This document shows positions 9,026 to 19,352 of a DNA stretch of 64,000 nucleotides, in pieces. Below the pieces are notes generated by a model that saw only the letters and a program-made list of their open reading frames with translations, ran no database searches and was not told the DNA's origin. Source of the DNA: Candidatus Raskinella chloraquaticus. Lineage in GTDB: Bacteria; Pseudomonadota; Alphaproteobacteria; Rhizobiales; UBA4765. The stretch is taken from NCBI GenBank assembly GCA_002365175.1, contig DEZK01000012.1:3330-67329 (forward strand), in the 5' to 3' direction. The stretch's first letter is position 1; each line of letters begins with the position of its first letter. The translations under genes and the position numbers were made by a program.

Positions 9026-10384
9026 ATTCGTCAGCCGCACATTGTTGATGTCATTGGCGATCTTCTGGAAGGCTGCCTGAAGATCGCTCACCGTCGTTGA
9101 ATCGTAGTAATTGGGCGGCACCGACGCGCAATTGGCAAGAATGGTCTTGATCGTCGTGTCAGTGACGCTGAAAGCGACCGAATAGACCTCGATACCGGCG
9201 CTCTTGACGTTGGCGCAGGTCTTGGTCGTCAGTTCATTGGCAAGCGCCACGTCGCCACCCTCATGGTCAGGATAATTCGGCGATTTGGTGTTGGCGCCAT
9301 CCGTCATCACCACCATGATTTTGCGCGTCTTGCCGTCAAAGGCTGCACCATCGGCAAAGGGCTGGTTGGGCGACAGGAGACGCCAGCCCCACAGGACGCC
9401 CGGGGCGATATAGGTGTTGCCATTGGCGACCAGACCATCAATCTTCGTCTTCAGCGCGTTGCGGTCGTTCGTCAGGCGCTGCAAGGGGGCGCTGCAGCCA
9501 ACGTTGAGGATGGCGGGAACGGGATTGGCGGCGGTGACGGTATCGCCGAGATCAAGCGGCGAGGCGCGCGATCCGACGCAGCCATTCCATGTAAAATTGG
9601 CGGTGACAGGCCCGCATTGCTGCACGGCTGCGCCCAGGGTGACGTCATAATCAGTCCACGTGCAGGTGTAGGGCTGCCCGTCATTATAGCAGGTTCCCGA
9701 GCGCGGCCGCGGATTGGTGTAGGTGGCGGAAGGATAGGTATCCCAGCACTGGTTGGAGGTCGTCGAGTAATCGCTTGCCCCGTAGACCCAGGAAGCGGTG
9801 CGATATTGCGTGCCGATATTGACGTAATCGGTGAAGGGAACGATGCCGATTTTTAGCGAGTTGGCGGCGTTTGGCGACGAAAACAGCGTGGTGACGAAAT
9901 CATTGGCGGCTTGCTGCAGGCCGCTGATCTTGCTGCCGGCCATTGATCCGGTCGTGTCGAGGACAAGGATCACCTCAGCGTTGCCGGTTCCGTAGACAGC
10001 CGTCGAGGTGATCCGGATCGGCAGCGACGAAATGCCCATAACGCCCAGCAGGGTGGTCGGGACGTCACCGGTGAGTGTCGCCGTGATGCGGTTATCAGTC
10101 TTGGCGATCGTAATCGTCGGGGTGATGCCGTTGGGGATGCTGCGATCGACGTGGGCGTGTACAACCGTGTCAGCATTGGCGGTATAAAAAGACAGGGCCG
10201 CCGCCAGAACGCCTGAATCAACCGCCGCCTGCAATTTGGAGCGGATGCGAGCGGTTGTGCTGTAGTCAACGGCGGCGCCGGCAAGACCGATCAGCACTGT
10301 TGTAACAAGCCCGAAGGTCATGACGACATTGCCGCCGCTTTCACCCGCAAAACGTCGAATGAACGAGCCTAATGACATTTTCAT
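9023..10384 (-). CDS. TadE/TadG-like pilus-assembly protein with a von Willebrand factor A domain
   Basis: Start MKMSLGSFIRRFAGESGGNVVMTFGLVTTVLIGLAGAAVDYS is a TadE/G-like N-terminal helix. VILVLDTTGSMAG is a vWA MIDAS DxTxS motif. Confidence 0.8.
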   Translation of the reverse strand: MKMSLGSFIRRFAGESGGNVVMTFGLVTTVLIGLAGAAVDYSTTARIRSKLQAAVDSGVLAAALSFYTANADTVVHAHVDRSIPNGITPTITIAKTDNRITATLTGDVPTTLLGVMGISSLPIRITSTAVYGTGNAEVILVLDTTGSMAGSKISGLQQAANDFVTTLFSSPNAANSLKIGIVPFTDYVNIGTQYRTASWVYGASDYSTTSNQCWDTYPSATYTNPRPRSGTCYNDGQPYTCTWTDYDVTLGAAVQQCGPVTANFTWNGCVGSRASPLDLGDTVTAANPVPAILNVGCSAPLQRLTNDRNALKTKIDGLVANGNTYIAPGVLWGWRLLSPNQPFADGAAFDGKTRKIMVVMTDGANTKSPNYPDHEGGDVALANELTTKTCANVKSAGIEVYSVAFSVTDTTIKTILANCASVPPNYYDSTTVSDLQAAFQKIANDINNVRLTN

Positions 10385-10546
10385 GCGTGATCCCCTGCAC
10401 CGTTTCGGGGATAGCGCAGATAAATTTCCTCTCCGTGAAGTGCACGATTCAATTTTTAGCAAATGCGTATAAATGTCGAAGAGCGCGCCGCAAAGGGCCG
10501 CTGGAGCTGACCCCGGCGGCCCTCTGGTCATCGACCCTGCTAAGCG

Positions 10547-11998
10547 TTATTCAGCTGCCGCCTGGACGCTAGCCCCCGCACGCTTGGCAACGCCAGCGCC
10601 GTAGGCCGGATCGACCTTGGTAAAATGCGCCACCTGGCGGGCGATGATCTCGGCGGGCACGCCTTGCATCGCTGCGGCGATGTTGTCGAAGAGCGCTTCC
10701 TGCTGCGCCTTGCTCATGAGACGGAAGAGCGCGCGCGGCTGGCTGTAATCATCGTTTCCATCGCGATGGTTCCAGCGGTCGATGGCGCCCTCGTTCTTCA
10801 GCGGCGGTTCGCCAACGGACTTGTCCTCGACGGGCCCTGCAAACGAGTTGGGCTCGTAATAGGCGTTCCCGCGCTCGGGCACGCTCGCCAGCATCGAGCC
10901 ATCAGCATGGTAATGGTCGACCTTGTTGCGCGGAGCGTTCACCGGCAGGCTCTCATAATGCGTGCCGACGCGGTAGCGATGGGCATCCGCATAGGCGAAG
11001 ATGCGCGCCTGAAGCATTTTGTCGGGAGAAAAGCCAATGCCCGGCACAATGTTTGAAGGCGAGAAGGATGATTGCTCCACTTCGGCGAAATAATGCTTCG
11101 GGTTGCGGTTGAGTTCGAGCACGCCGACATCGATCAGCGGAAACTCACCATGCGGCCATACCTTGGTGAGATCGAAGGGGTTGTAGGACGTCTTCTCCGC
11201 CTGCTCTTCGCTCATGATCTGGACGCAGACTTTCCAGCGCGGGAAATCTCCCTTTTCGATCGCCTCGTAAAGATCGCGCTGGGCGCTCTCGCGATCATTG
11301 GCGATCACCGCATTGCCTTCAGCATTGGTCCAGTTCTTGATGCCCTGCTGGGTCTTGAAGTGAAATTTGACCCAATGGCGTTCATTGGCGGCGTTGATGA
11401 AGGAATAGGTATGCGACCCGTAGCCGTTCACATGGCGATAGCCCTGCGGCAGCCCGCGATCGGAAAACAGGATCGTCACCTGGTGGAGCGATTCAGGCGA
11501 CAGCGACCAGAAATCCCACATCGCGGTCGGCGAGCGCATATTGGTGGTGGGATGGCGCTTCTGGGTGCGGATGAAGTCGGGGAATTTCAAGGGATCGCGG
11601 ACGAAGAACACGGGCGTGTTGTTGCCAACAAGATCCCAATTACCCTCCTCGGTGTAGAATTTCAGCGCAAAGCCACGGACATCGCGCTCGGCATCTGCCG
11701 CGCCGCGCTCGCCCGCCACCGTTGAGAAACGCAGCAACGTGTCGGTTTTCTTGCCGATTTCGGAGAAAATCTTTGCTTTCGTGTACTTGCTGATGTCGTG
11801 GGTGATGGTGAGTGTACCGAAGGCCGCCGAACCCTTGGCGTGAACGACGCGCTCGGGGATACGCTCACGGTTCTGGTGCGCCAGCTTTTCCAGCAGCTGG
11901 TAGTCCTGCATCAGCACCGGACCACGCGGACCGGCGGTCTGTGAATTCTGGTTGTCGGCTACCGGCGCACCCGCCGTCGTCGTCAGTGTGCGTTTCAT
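10547..11998 (-). CDS. katA: Monofunctional haem catalase
   Basis: [61 protein letters not shown]. The ATG at 11998 has GGGAGA 7 nt upstream. An alternative ATG at 12013 would add 5 aa. Confidence 0.93.
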   Translation of the reverse strand: MKRTLTTTAGAPVADNQNSQTAGPRGPVLMQDYQLLEKLAHQNRERIPERVVHAKGSAAFGTLTITHDISKYTKAKIFSEIGKKTDTLLRFSTVAGERGAADAERDVRGFALKFYTEEGNWDLVGNNTPVFFVRDPLKFPDFIRTQKRHPTTNMRSPTAMWDFWSLSPESLHQVTILFSDRGLPQGYRHVNGYGSHTYSFINAANERHWVKFHFKTQQGIKNWTNAEGNAVIANDRESAQRDLYEAIEKGDFPRWKVCVQIMSEEQAEKTSYNPFDLTKVWPHGEFPLIDVGVLELNRNPKHYFAEVEQSSFSPSNIVPGIGFSPDKMLQARIFAYADAHRYRVGTHYESLPVNAPRNKVDHYHADGSMLASVPERGNAYYEPNSFAGPVEDKSVGEPPLKNEGAIDRWNHRDGNDDYSQPRALFRLMSKAQQEALFDNIAAAMQGVPAEIIARQVAHFTKVDPAYGAGVAKRAGASVQAAAE

Positions 11999-12093
11999 GT
12001 CGTCGTCTCCCATTTGTTGTCGTTCTCTTTTGACGTGTCGACGTCATAATGTCTAATTGTAATAATCCTCATCGTTCATAAGTTTTTCAAATC
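11999..12093. promoter_or_regulatory. Divergent katA/oxyR control region, the expected site of OxyR binding
   Basis: AT-rich 95-bp spacer between divergent catalase and OxyR genes. The exact OxyR tetrad was not resolved by eye. Confidence 0.4.
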
Positions 12094-12981
12094 ATGACGC
12101 CGACTTTCAAACAGCTAAAATATTTCGCCGCGCTCGCTCACCACCGTCATTTCGGGCGGGCGGCGGATGAATGCGCGATCAGCCAGCCAGCGCTCTCCCT
12201 GCAGATACAGGAACTGGAAAAGGCCCTGGGCGCATCACTCGTCGAACGAGGCCGTCACATGGTGACGCTGACACCTCTTGGCCAGGACGTCGAGGCGCGG
12301 GCAAGAACCATTCTGGCAAATGTGCGCGATCTGGTTGATCTGGCACAGCATCATAACGGCCTCCTGACCGGAGCGTTGCGTCTTGGCGTCATTCCCTCTT
12401 TGGCGCCCTACATCCTGCCACGGGCTTTGCCGCTGCTGCGCCGCGACTACCCTGCCCTCGTGCTGCATCTGCGCGAGGCACAGACACGCTATCTGACGGA
12501 CGAGCTTCTCGCGGGGCAGCTGGACGCTGTGCTGTTGTCGCGCCCCCTTGCCGATGACAGGGTGGAGATCAAGGATCTTTTCGATGACCGCCTTTTGCTG
12601 GTGACCGCACCTGATGGCGGGGAGGACAAGCCGGCGCAGCTGAGCGACATCAAGGCGGACTCGCTTCTGCTGCTGGATGAGGGGCATTGCCTGCGTGATC
12701 AGGCCCTTGCCTATTGCGGAGCGGATGACGTTTCGCGCCCACGCCCGGGGGTGGCGAGCCTTGCCACCATCATTCATATGGTTGCCAATGGCTATGGCTC
12801 GACGCTGCTGCCGGAGATCGCCCTTGATACCGAATTGCGCGGCAAGCCGCCGGTGAGGGTACGTTCCTTTGTCAATCCGCAGCCAAGCCGTCAGGTGGCG
12901 CTTGCGTGGCGCGCGACCTCGCCGCGCCGCGGCGATTTTTTATCCCTTGCCGACAGCCTGGTCAAAGCCATGAAGCGGTGA
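12094..12981 (+). CDS. oxyR: LysR-family peroxide-sensing regulator OxyR
   Basis: N-terminal LysR HTH (FKQLKYFAALAHHRHFGRAADECAISQPALSLQIQELE). The redox cysteine context is LLLLDEGHCLRDQALAYC. The gene is divergent from the catalase. Confidence 0.88.
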   Translation: MTPTFKQLKYFAALAHHRHFGRAADECAISQPALSLQIQELEKALGASLVERGRHMVTLTPLGQDVEARARTILANVRDLVDLAQHHNGLLTGALRLGVIPSLAPYILPRALPLLRRDYPALVLHLREAQTRYLTDELLAGQLDAVLLSRPLADDRVEIKDLFDDRLLLVTAPDGGEDKPAQLSDIKADSLLLLDEGHCLRDQALAYCGADDVSRPRPGVASLATIIHMVANGYGSTLLPEIALDTELRGKPPVRVRSFVNPQPSRQVALAWRATSPRRGDFLSLADSLVKAMKR

Positions 12982-13000
12982 ACGGCGCCAACGATGCATG

Positions 13001-13618
13001 CTACGCTGCGGCAGCCTCACGGATCGTCACCTTGATCGGCGTCGGATTGAAGCCATTGCACGGATTATTCACTTGCGGGCAATTTGAAATCACAAACAGC
13101 ACATCTGTGTCCATGGTGATGTCGACGTGATTGCCGGGCGCCGAGATGCCGTCGACAACGGTGAAATTGCCGGAAGGATCGATCGGCACGTTCATGAAGA
13201 AATTGAGATTGGCGGGAATGTCACGCTTGCCCAGCCCGTATTTTGACAGCTCAAGGACGAAGTTCTCCCGGCAGGCATGCTGATATTTGGTTGCCTCGCC
13301 AAAGCGCACCGCATTGCTCTCACACGAGCAGCAGCCGGCAGACGTGTCATGGCGCCCGCAGCTGTCTGCCGTAATCCGCGCCATCACGCGGCCGCGATTC
13401 GATATGAGCCTGGTGCCAAGTTCGATATAGGCAGCCCCCTGAACGCGCATGGTGTCCTGGGCGCTGTAGCGTTCCTCCATATCGCTTGCATCGTAAAGAA
13501 GCGCATCAACCGCCTGCTGGCCTTCGCTGTCGATGATGCGCAGCGTCTGCCCGCGCTTGATGATGCAGGACCACGGGCGCTCGGCGGGAATATCGAAAGA
13601 ATAGATCAGCTCTGACAT
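13001..13618 (-). CDS. DUF1989 protein, urea-carboxylase-associated protein 2 / CgdB-like
   Basis: MSELIYSFDIPAERPWSCIIKRGQTLRIIDSEGQQAVDALLYD...NLNFFMNVPIDPSGNF...VLFVISNCPQ. The ATG at 13618 lies 10 nt after the previous stop. Confidence 0.8.
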   Translation of the reverse strand: MSELIYSFDIPAERPWSCIIKRGQTLRIIDSEGQQAVDALLYDASDMEERYSAQDTMRVQGAAYIELGTRLISNRGRVMARITADSCGRHDTSAGCCSCESNAVRFGEATKYQHACRENFVLELSKYGLGKRDIPANLNFFMNVPIDPSGNFTVVDGISAPGNHVDITMDTDVLFVISNCPQVNNPCNGFNPTPIKVTIREAAAA

Positions 13619-13628
13619 GGGGCAATCC

Positions 13629-14450
13629 TCAGGCAAACAGGCGGTCGGTGAAGGTGAAGGCACGCATCGCTTCCGCCGACCCGGTCCGGCAGGGGTCATC
13701 GCTACTGGCAGCGGGCGCCCGGTAATGGACAAGCTCGATGGCGTTTGCGCCGGCAGGGCGGGCGGGATCAAGCGGATGCGGACAATTTGATACGACCAGA
13801 ACCAGGTTCATTTCAGCGCGCAAATCGACAAAATCCCCTGCCTTCTTGCGCGCCTTGTTCCATTTGAACCGCCCTGCCTTGTCGAGCGAAACGGGCGCGA
13901 AAAAGGTGATGCAGCCGGGGATGTCGCCAAGCCCCAGGCCGAGCTTCGCAGCAGCGGCCAGAAAATTCTCATGGCTGTTGCGCGCATAGTCAACGCCGTA
14001 GGCGGCCTGTGTTGACGCCGGCGTGGAGGCGCCCATCAGCAGATCATGGGCGCCGCTGGTATCTTCGATCAGAGACAGAAAGACGCGGCCCATATCGGTG
14101 AGCAGGACGCGCCCCTTTGCCATCGTTGCCGTCCACTGGATCTTGGCTGTATCGGCGCAATTGAGCCGCTCGCTCATATCCTCCTGGCGCCAGCCGATCA
14201 GGGCAGCGCTGGCGGCGCCCGACGGGTCCTTGATGCGCAGCGCTTCCCCCCGCTTCAACGTCAGCGTCGTATACCAGCCAGCCGGCACCGTTTCGCTGCG
14301 CACGATCATGTCTTTGGTGATACCGGCACTGTCGCGCGGTGTGGCCTTCGGTAAACTTTTGGGCGTTGCCTCCTGTCCGGCGGCACGAAGTTCTTCATAG
14401 CGGCGCCGATTGGCCTCGGCGATGGTCTGTTTCTGCTGCGATGGTTTCAT
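13629..14450 (-). CDS. DUF1989 protein, urea-carboxylase-associated protein 1 / CgdA-like
   Basis: The 273-aa product contains VPAGWYTTLTLKRGEALRIKDPSGAASAALIGW...ITFFAPVSLDKAGRF...NLVLVVSNCPHPLDP. Confidence 0.8.
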   Translation of the reverse strand: MKPSQQKQTIAEANRRRYEELRAAGQEATPKSLPKATPRDSAGITKDMIVRSETVPAGWYTTLTLKRGEALRIKDPSGAASAALIGWRQEDMSERLNCADTAKIQWTATMAKGRVLLTDMGRVFLSLIEDTSGAHDLLMGASTPASTQAAYGVDYARNSHENFLAAAAKLGLGLGDIPGCITFFAPVSLDKAGRFKWNKARKKAGDFVDLRAEMNLVLVVSNCPHPLDPARPAGANAIELVHYRAPAASSDDPCRTGSAEAMRAFTFTDRLFA

Positions 14451-14470
14451 GGTGCGTTACTCTCGGCGAT

Positions 14471-15067
14471 TCAGCTGATGGTGAAATGGGCTTCGACGGG
14501 GCGCCCGGCCGTGCCGTTGATTGGCAGAATATCCTGCGGGCAGGCTGAAAAGGCGATGACCAGATCCATTTCGGCGCGCAGGCGGACATAGCCGCCGGGC
14601 AGAGGCGCCGGTGGAGCGGCAAAGCGCAACGTGCCGTCATTCTGCCAGGGGATATTCATGAACAGATTGAGCGGGCTTGGCACTTCCGGCGGGGTGAGGC
14701 CGAGTTCAGCCATGCCGGCGAACAGATTGTCCTCGCAATTGTCATGATGGCCCTCGACCCCGAGGAAGGCATAGCGATGCCTGTCGCAGGCCGCGATAAG
14801 CGTGTCGTGGACACCGCCCGACGTGTCTTCAATCAATGTCAGCATCGGGCGCCGGCGATTACTGCGCAGGATATCGCCGGGGCGTGGGCTGAGATGCAGC
14901 GAGTGTGCTCTCGTATGCTCGTTCGACATGAATTCGCCAAGATCAGCCCGGCTGAACGCCCAGGTGTCGACAACCTGCTCGCCATGCGTGTTGATGACCG
15001 TGATGATCTGACCAAAATCGACAAGGGCCGCCTTGCCGCGCCGCGCCGGGATTTCGATCTGGTCCAT
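14471..15067 (-). CDS. Third DUF1989-family paralog
   Basis: MDQIEIPARRGKAALVDFGQIITVINTHGEQVVDTWAF...LNLFMNIPWQNDGTL...DLVIAFSACPQD shows the same fold signature as the two genes downstream. Confidence 0.75.
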   Translation of the reverse strand: MDQIEIPARRGKAALVDFGQIITVINTHGEQVVDTWAFSRADLGEFMSNEHTRAHSLHLSPRPGDILRSNRRRPMLTLIEDTSGGVHDTLIAACDRHRYAFLGVEGHHDNCEDNLFAGMAELGLTPPEVPSPLNLFMNIPWQNDGTLRFAAPPAPLPGGYVRLRAEMDLVIAFSACPQDILPINGTAGRPVEAHFTIS

Positions 15068-15072
15068 GGCTG

Positions 15073-15465
15073 TCAGCTCCGCACCGCGATCATATCGATT
15101 TCAACGATGCCCCCGCGCGCCAGTCCGGTGACGCCGATAGTGGTGCGCGCCGGGCGCCGATCAGCCTTGAAGTAGCTTGCATAGATCGTGTTCATGGCCG
15201 GGTAGTCGCGGTCGAAAGCGGTGAGAAAAATACGCGCCTGCACGACGTCGTCGAAGCCAAGCCCGCAGCCCTTGAGCACGCGTGCCAGATTATCCATCAC
15301 CTTGACCGTCTGCGCTTCGATCCCGGCGGGCACGGGCAGGCTGTCATTATCCGGGTCGGTGGCAAGCTGCCCGGTGATGAACACGAAGCCGCTTGCCTCC
15401 ACCGCATGGCTGTAGGGGGCGACCGGCTTCGGGGCGTCAGGCAGAAGGTGGAAGATCGGATGCAT
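15073..15465 (-). CDS. ridA: RidA/YjgF-family reactive-intermediate (enamine/imine) deaminase
   Basis: MHPIFHLLPDAPKPVAPYSHAVEASGFVFITGQLA...PARTTIGVTGLARGGIVEIDMIA. The track's longer N-terminus (start 15660) overlaps the upstream ABC ATPase gene (15494-16270) and is rejected. Confidence 0.85.
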   Translation of the reverse strand: MHPIFHLLPDAPKPVAPYSHAVEASGFVFITGQLATDPDNDSLPVPAGIEAQTVKVMDNLARVLKGCGLGFDDVVQARIFLTAFDRDYPAMNTIYASYFKADRRPARTTIGVTGLARGGIVEIDMIAVRS

Positions 15466-15493
15466 GGTAAACCTCAAGGCGGTTGGCGGAACG

Positions 15494-16270
15494 TCAGGCG
15501 GCTGCAACGCCGGCGTAACGCTGGATGAACAGGCGGGCGCGCTCGGTCTGCGGCCTGGTGAAGAAATCCGCAGGCGTCCCGCTTTCAATGAGCCTGCCCT
15601 GATCAAGAAAGAGAATACGGCTGGCGACATCGCGGGCAAACGCCATTTCGTGGGTGACAATCACCATCGTCATTCCTTCGCTGGCAAGCGCACGCATCAC
15701 CAGCAACACCTCGCCGACAAGCTCGGGGTCAAGGGCGCTCGTCGGCTCATCGAACAGCAGGACATCCGGTTTCATGGCGAGCGCGCGGGCGATGCCGACG
15801 CGCTGCTTCTGCCCGCCCGAGAGCCGCGCGGGGAAGACATCGCGCTTGTCCGACAGGCCGACCTTGGCAAGGAGTGCCAGGGCCTCGGCCTCTACTTCCG
15901 CTTTCGCCCGCTTCTGCACCTGGACCGGCGCCTCCATGACATTTTGCAACACGGTGAGATGCGGCCACAGGGCGAAATGCTGGAACACCATGCCCATGCG
16001 GGTGCGCAGCTTGGACAATTCACTGTCCTTCATCACCAGCCCGTGGCCGGTGACGCCGATCTCGCTGCCATTGAGATAGATGCGCCCCGCATTGGGTCGC
16101 TCCAGCCAGTTGATGCAGCGCAGAAGCGTCGACTTGCCGGAGCCTGATGGCCCCAGCAGGCAGATCGTCTCGCCGCGCTCGACCGAAAACGAGATATCGC
16201 TCAAAACCTGCAGCTTGCCGAAACTCTTCGACAGGCCGGCAATATAGAGGATTTTCTGCGGATCATTCAT
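15494..16270 (-). CDS. Polar amino-acid ABC transporter ATP-binding protein
   Basis: Walker [10 protein letters not shown], signature [15 protein letters not shown] and Walker [12 protein letters not shown] are all present. Confidence 0.93.
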   Translation of the reverse strand: MNDPQKILYIAGLSKSFGKLQVLSDISFSVERGETICLLGPSGSGKSTLLRCINWLERPNAGRIYLNGSEIGVTGHGLVMKDSELSKLRTRMGMVFQHFALWPHLTVLQNVMEAPVQVQKRAKAEVEAEALALLAKVGLSDKRDVFPARLSGGQKQRVGIARALAMKPDVLLFDEPTSALDPELVGEVLLVMRALASEGMTMVIVTHEMAFARDVASRILFLDQGRLIESGTPADFFTRPQTERARLFIQRYAGVAAA

Positions 16271-16279
16271 GACATTGTC

Positions 16280-16936
16280 CTAACGTCTGGCCTCCGCCAC
16301 CCGCCCCACGACACTGACGCCGGCTTCAACCAGAAGGCATAGCCCCCAATAGAGCAGAACAGCGCTGATGAAGGCGGCAAACGGCACGTAATGGCGTGAC
16401 TGGATCGAGCTTGCGGCATGGGTCAGCTCGGGCAGGGCGATGATGGTGAGAAAAGCGCTGTCCTTGATGATCTGGATCATCTGATTGCCGATGATCGGGC
16501 TGACATTGAGGAGGAGCGGCGGCAGGATGATGCGGCGGAAAAGCAGAAAATCGGAAAAGCCGAAGGCGCTCCCCGCTTCGATCGGCTCACGCGGTTGCGC
16601 CACCCAGGCGCCGCGCAGGATTTCAGCCATGTAGGCGGCATTGTAGATCGTCAGCGCCAGCAGGCCCGAACTCCAATTGTCAAAGCGCAACCCGAGCGAG
16701 GGCAGGCCATAATAGACGATATAGGCAAAGAGCAGGAAGGGGACGCAGCGCATGCCGTCGACAAAAAACCGCATGGCAGCTGCAATCGCCTTGCGCTTGG
16801 ACATCAGCCCGGGCACCAGAATGATCCCCAATGCCAACGCCATGATAGCCGACAGGACCGACAGGATGGTCGTATTGGCAAGCCCGCTCAACAGCAGGCC
16901 TCGCTCGCTCCACACCACGAGGAAATCGTGAATCAT
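16280..16936 (-). CDS. Amino-acid ABC transporter permease (His/Glu/Gln/Arg/opine family)
   Basis: The 218-aa multi-pass membrane protein has the EAA-type loop (IEAGSAFGFSDFLLFRRIILP). Its start overlaps the upstream stop in ATGA. Confidence 0.88.
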   Translation of the reverse strand: MIHDFLVVWSERGLLLSGLANTTILSVLSAIMALALGIILVPGLMSKRKAIAAAMRFFVDGMRCVPFLLFAYIVYYGLPSLGLRFDNWSSGLLALTIYNAAYMAEILRGAWVAQPREPIEAGSAFGFSDFLLFRRIILPPLLLNVSPIIGNQMIQIIKDSAFLTIIALPELTHAASSIQSRHYVPFAAFISAVLLYWGLCLLVEAGVSVVGRVAEARR

Positions 16937-17580
16937 GTGCTCGCCTCCGCCGCAGCACGCCGCTTTTCAATGAAGCGCTGGAGCGCAACCAGCGCGTAGA
17001 CGATGGGCGCATAGATGGCCACGGCTACCAGAAAGGGCGGCAGGGGTTCATACGTCTGCGCGCCGATGCGGACCGCTGCCCGCGTGATGTCGACGACACC
17101 GACAACAGCCAGCACCGGCGTCACCTTGATGAGGAGCGACATTTCGTTGACGAGGCCCGGCAGGCTGTCGTGAATGATTTGCGGCAGGATGATGCGCCGG
17201 AAGCGCTGGCCGGCCTGCATGCCGAAGGATTGCGCTGCCTCGTACTGGTCTTTCGGAAAATTGACGAGTGAGGAGCGCCATACTTCACAGTTGAATGCTG
17301 ATGTGTTCATCGTCAGTGCCAGGATCGCCGCCGAGATCGGCCCGAGCGGGATGCCGATATTGGGCAGGGCGAAGAAGAGCAGCAGCAACAGGGTCACCAG
17401 CGGTGTCGCCCGCAGCACGCTGACATAGACGGCAACGATGCCAGACAGGACCGGCACCCTGGCCCAGCGGATGAGGGCCAGTCCCAGACCGATCGGCAGA
17501 CCGATCAGGATGCCGATGGCAGACAGCGTCACTGTCGCCAGGGCACCCTGAAGGATCGCCAGGACGTCATTGAGGCTCAT
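16933..17580 (-). CDS. Amino-acid ABC transporter permease
   Basis: The 215-aa product contains YEAAQSFGMQAGQRFRRIILPQ, a permease EAA loop. Confidence 0.88.
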   Translation of the reverse strand: MSLNDVLAILQGALATVTLSAIGILIGLPIGLGLALIRWARVPVLSGIVAVYVSVLRATPLVTLLLLLFFALPNIGIPLGPISAAILALTMNTSAFNCEVWRSSLVNFPKDQYEAAQSFGMQAGQRFRRIILPQIIHDSLPGLVNEMSLLIKVTPVLAVVGVVDITRAAVRIGAQTYEPLPPFLVAVAIYAPIVYALVALQRFIEKRRAAAEAST

Positions 17581-17621
17581 GGCCGTTCCTGCGGTTGCGA
17601 AAGGTCACGAGCCACGGAGTT

Positions 17622-18488
17622 TCAGAACTCCGGATCGAAGGATACCGGCAGATCGGTGAAGGCTTCGCCAAACCACGTCTTCTGCAGCTCGTAGAATTTG
17701 CCGCTGGCCTTCTGCTTGGCGATGAACTCGTTGAGGAAGGCCTGCAGCGACGTATTGTCCTTGGCGATCGCCCAGGCCGGATATGACTTGCCGGAAACTG
17801 CCTGACCGATCTCGAAGACGTCCGGCTTTTCGCCGACCAGCGCCTTCAGATTGATGATAGTGTTGACGACGTAATCGGTGCGCCCGAGCGCGAGGTCCTG
17901 ATAGGCTTCCGGGTAGGAGGTATATTCCACCACCTTGCCGAGCTTGCCGCCCTGCTTTTCCAGCATCGCTGCCAGTTCAGGAAGGCGTCCGAGAAGCGCC
18001 GAGCCCGATTGCACGCCAACCGTCTTGCCGCTCAGATCCTTGATCGACGTGATCGAGGTGTCCTTCTTGCGCTTCACGTAAAAATGCGTCGCATCCGCGA
18101 TCGGGCTGGTGAAGCTCAGCGATTTGGTACGCTCCTTGGTGATGATCGCCGCCGTGATCGCCACATCATATTTGCCGGTGCTGACGCCAGCCAGAATTCC
18201 CGTCCAGGGCAGAATTTCCTGGCGGATTTCGAAAGGCGCGAATTTGCGCAGCTCCGCCACCAGATCATTGTCAAAGCCGGTTGGCTTGCCATCCTTGACG
18301 AATTCGAAGGGGCGGAAATCGTCTTCGGTGGCGACGATCAGGTAGCCGCGCTTCTTGATTTCCTCAAGCGTCGCGGCCTTGGCGCTGGTAACCATGCCGG
18401 CAAGGCCCATGAGCGGCAGCGCAACGGCTGCCGCCACAAGGCCGGTTGTGACGCGGCGGGTAAGGTGACGGGTCAGATAGTCAATCAT
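17622..18488 (-). CDS. Periplasmic substrate-binding protein, family 3 (polar amino-acid type)
   Basis: A signal peptide is followed by TLEEIKKRGYLIVATEDDFRPFEFVKDGKPTGFDNDLV. Confidence 0.88.
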   Translation of the reverse strand: MIDYLTRHLTRRVTTGLVAAAVALPLMGLAGMVTSAKAATLEEIKKRGYLIVATEDDFRPFEFVKDGKPTGFDNDLVAELRKFAPFEIRQEILPWTGILAGVSTGKYDVAITAAIITKERTKSLSFTSPIADATHFYVKRKKDTSITSIKDLSGKTVGVQSGSALLGRLPELAAMLEKQGGKLGKVVEYTSYPEAYQDLALGRTDYVVNTIINLKALVGEKPDVFEIGQAVSGKSYPAWAIAKDNTSLQAFLNEFIAKQKASGKFYELQKTWFGEAFTDLPVSFDPEF

Positions 18489-18518
18489 CGCATATCCTTT
18501 CAGTCAGGGTGGGAAACG

Positions 18519-19352
18519 TCAGGAAAAATCAAATCCGTGGGCAAGCAGGTATTTTGGAAAGGCCGCGCCCTCGCCCTCGCAGGCATGGCGCGTCTTGTCT
18601 TCCGACCAGCCGTAGAACGCGGCCTCGCCGAAACGGGCCTTGGCACGTTGCTGGTCGGGAGCGATGGCGCGGATCGCGGCGCGGCGTCGGTCGTAATCGT
18701 CGATCGCCCCGGGGAGCGCTTCATCGTCATAGCGGTCGCGATGGATTGTGATCTGACGTGGCAGACGCAAGCTGATATGCGCTTCGCCCGAAGGGTAGCC
18801 AAGGCACAGGCCGGCAACCGGAAAGACAAGATCAGGAAGTGAGAGGATAGCGGCGACGGTATCGATCTTGTTGCGCAATACCGAGATGGGGCAGGTGCCA
18901 AGGCCACAGGCTTCGGCAGCCAGGATCATCGTCTGCAAGGCAAGGGCGGCGTCGACACTGGCGTTGAAAAAACCTTCAAGACTGCCATTGCGCACCGGCT
19001 TGCCGCGCATCGCTCCCAGACGCTGGAGGCGCCGCGCATCAGCGAGAAAAACATAGAAGACCGGCGCAGCGCCAATCCATGGCATGGCCGGAAACAGGGC
19101 GGCCAGGGCGGTGCGCTGGGCGACATCCCTCAAGCGCAGCAGCGAGACCTGCTGATAGTCCGACTTCGACGAGGCGCTGAGGGCAGCGGCGGCCAGCACG
19201 TCGAGCAGCGCTTCGTCGGGCAACCGGGCCTCAAAGCGCCTGATGGTCCGCCGCGACAGTATTGCCACGACAGCATCCGGCACCGATGAGCCTGTCAATG
19301 CCGGGCCATTATCGCCAAAGCGCTGGTCAATCAGATGGTCGAATGTGCTCAC
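18519..19352 (-). CDS. Nitroreductase-family flavoprotein
   Basis: GTG start. ILSRRTIRRFEARLPDEALLDVLAAAALSASSKSDYQQ...AEACGLGTCPIS is typical of the nitroreductase fold. This is the first gene of the nine-gene operon. Confidence 0.8.
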   Translation of the reverse strand: MSTFDHLIDQRFGDNGPALTGSSVPDAVVAILSRRTIRRFEARLPDEALLDVLAAAALSASSKSDYQQVSLLRLRDVAQRTALAALFPAMPWIGAAPVFYVFLADARRLQRLGAMRGKPVRNGSLEGFFNASVDAALALQTMILAAEACGLGTCPISVLRNKIDTVAAILSLPDLVFPVAGLCLGYPSGEAHISLRLPRQITIHRDRYDDEALPGAIDDYDRRRAAIRAIAPDQQRAKARFGEAAFYGWSEDKTRHACEGEGAAFPKYLLAHGFDFS

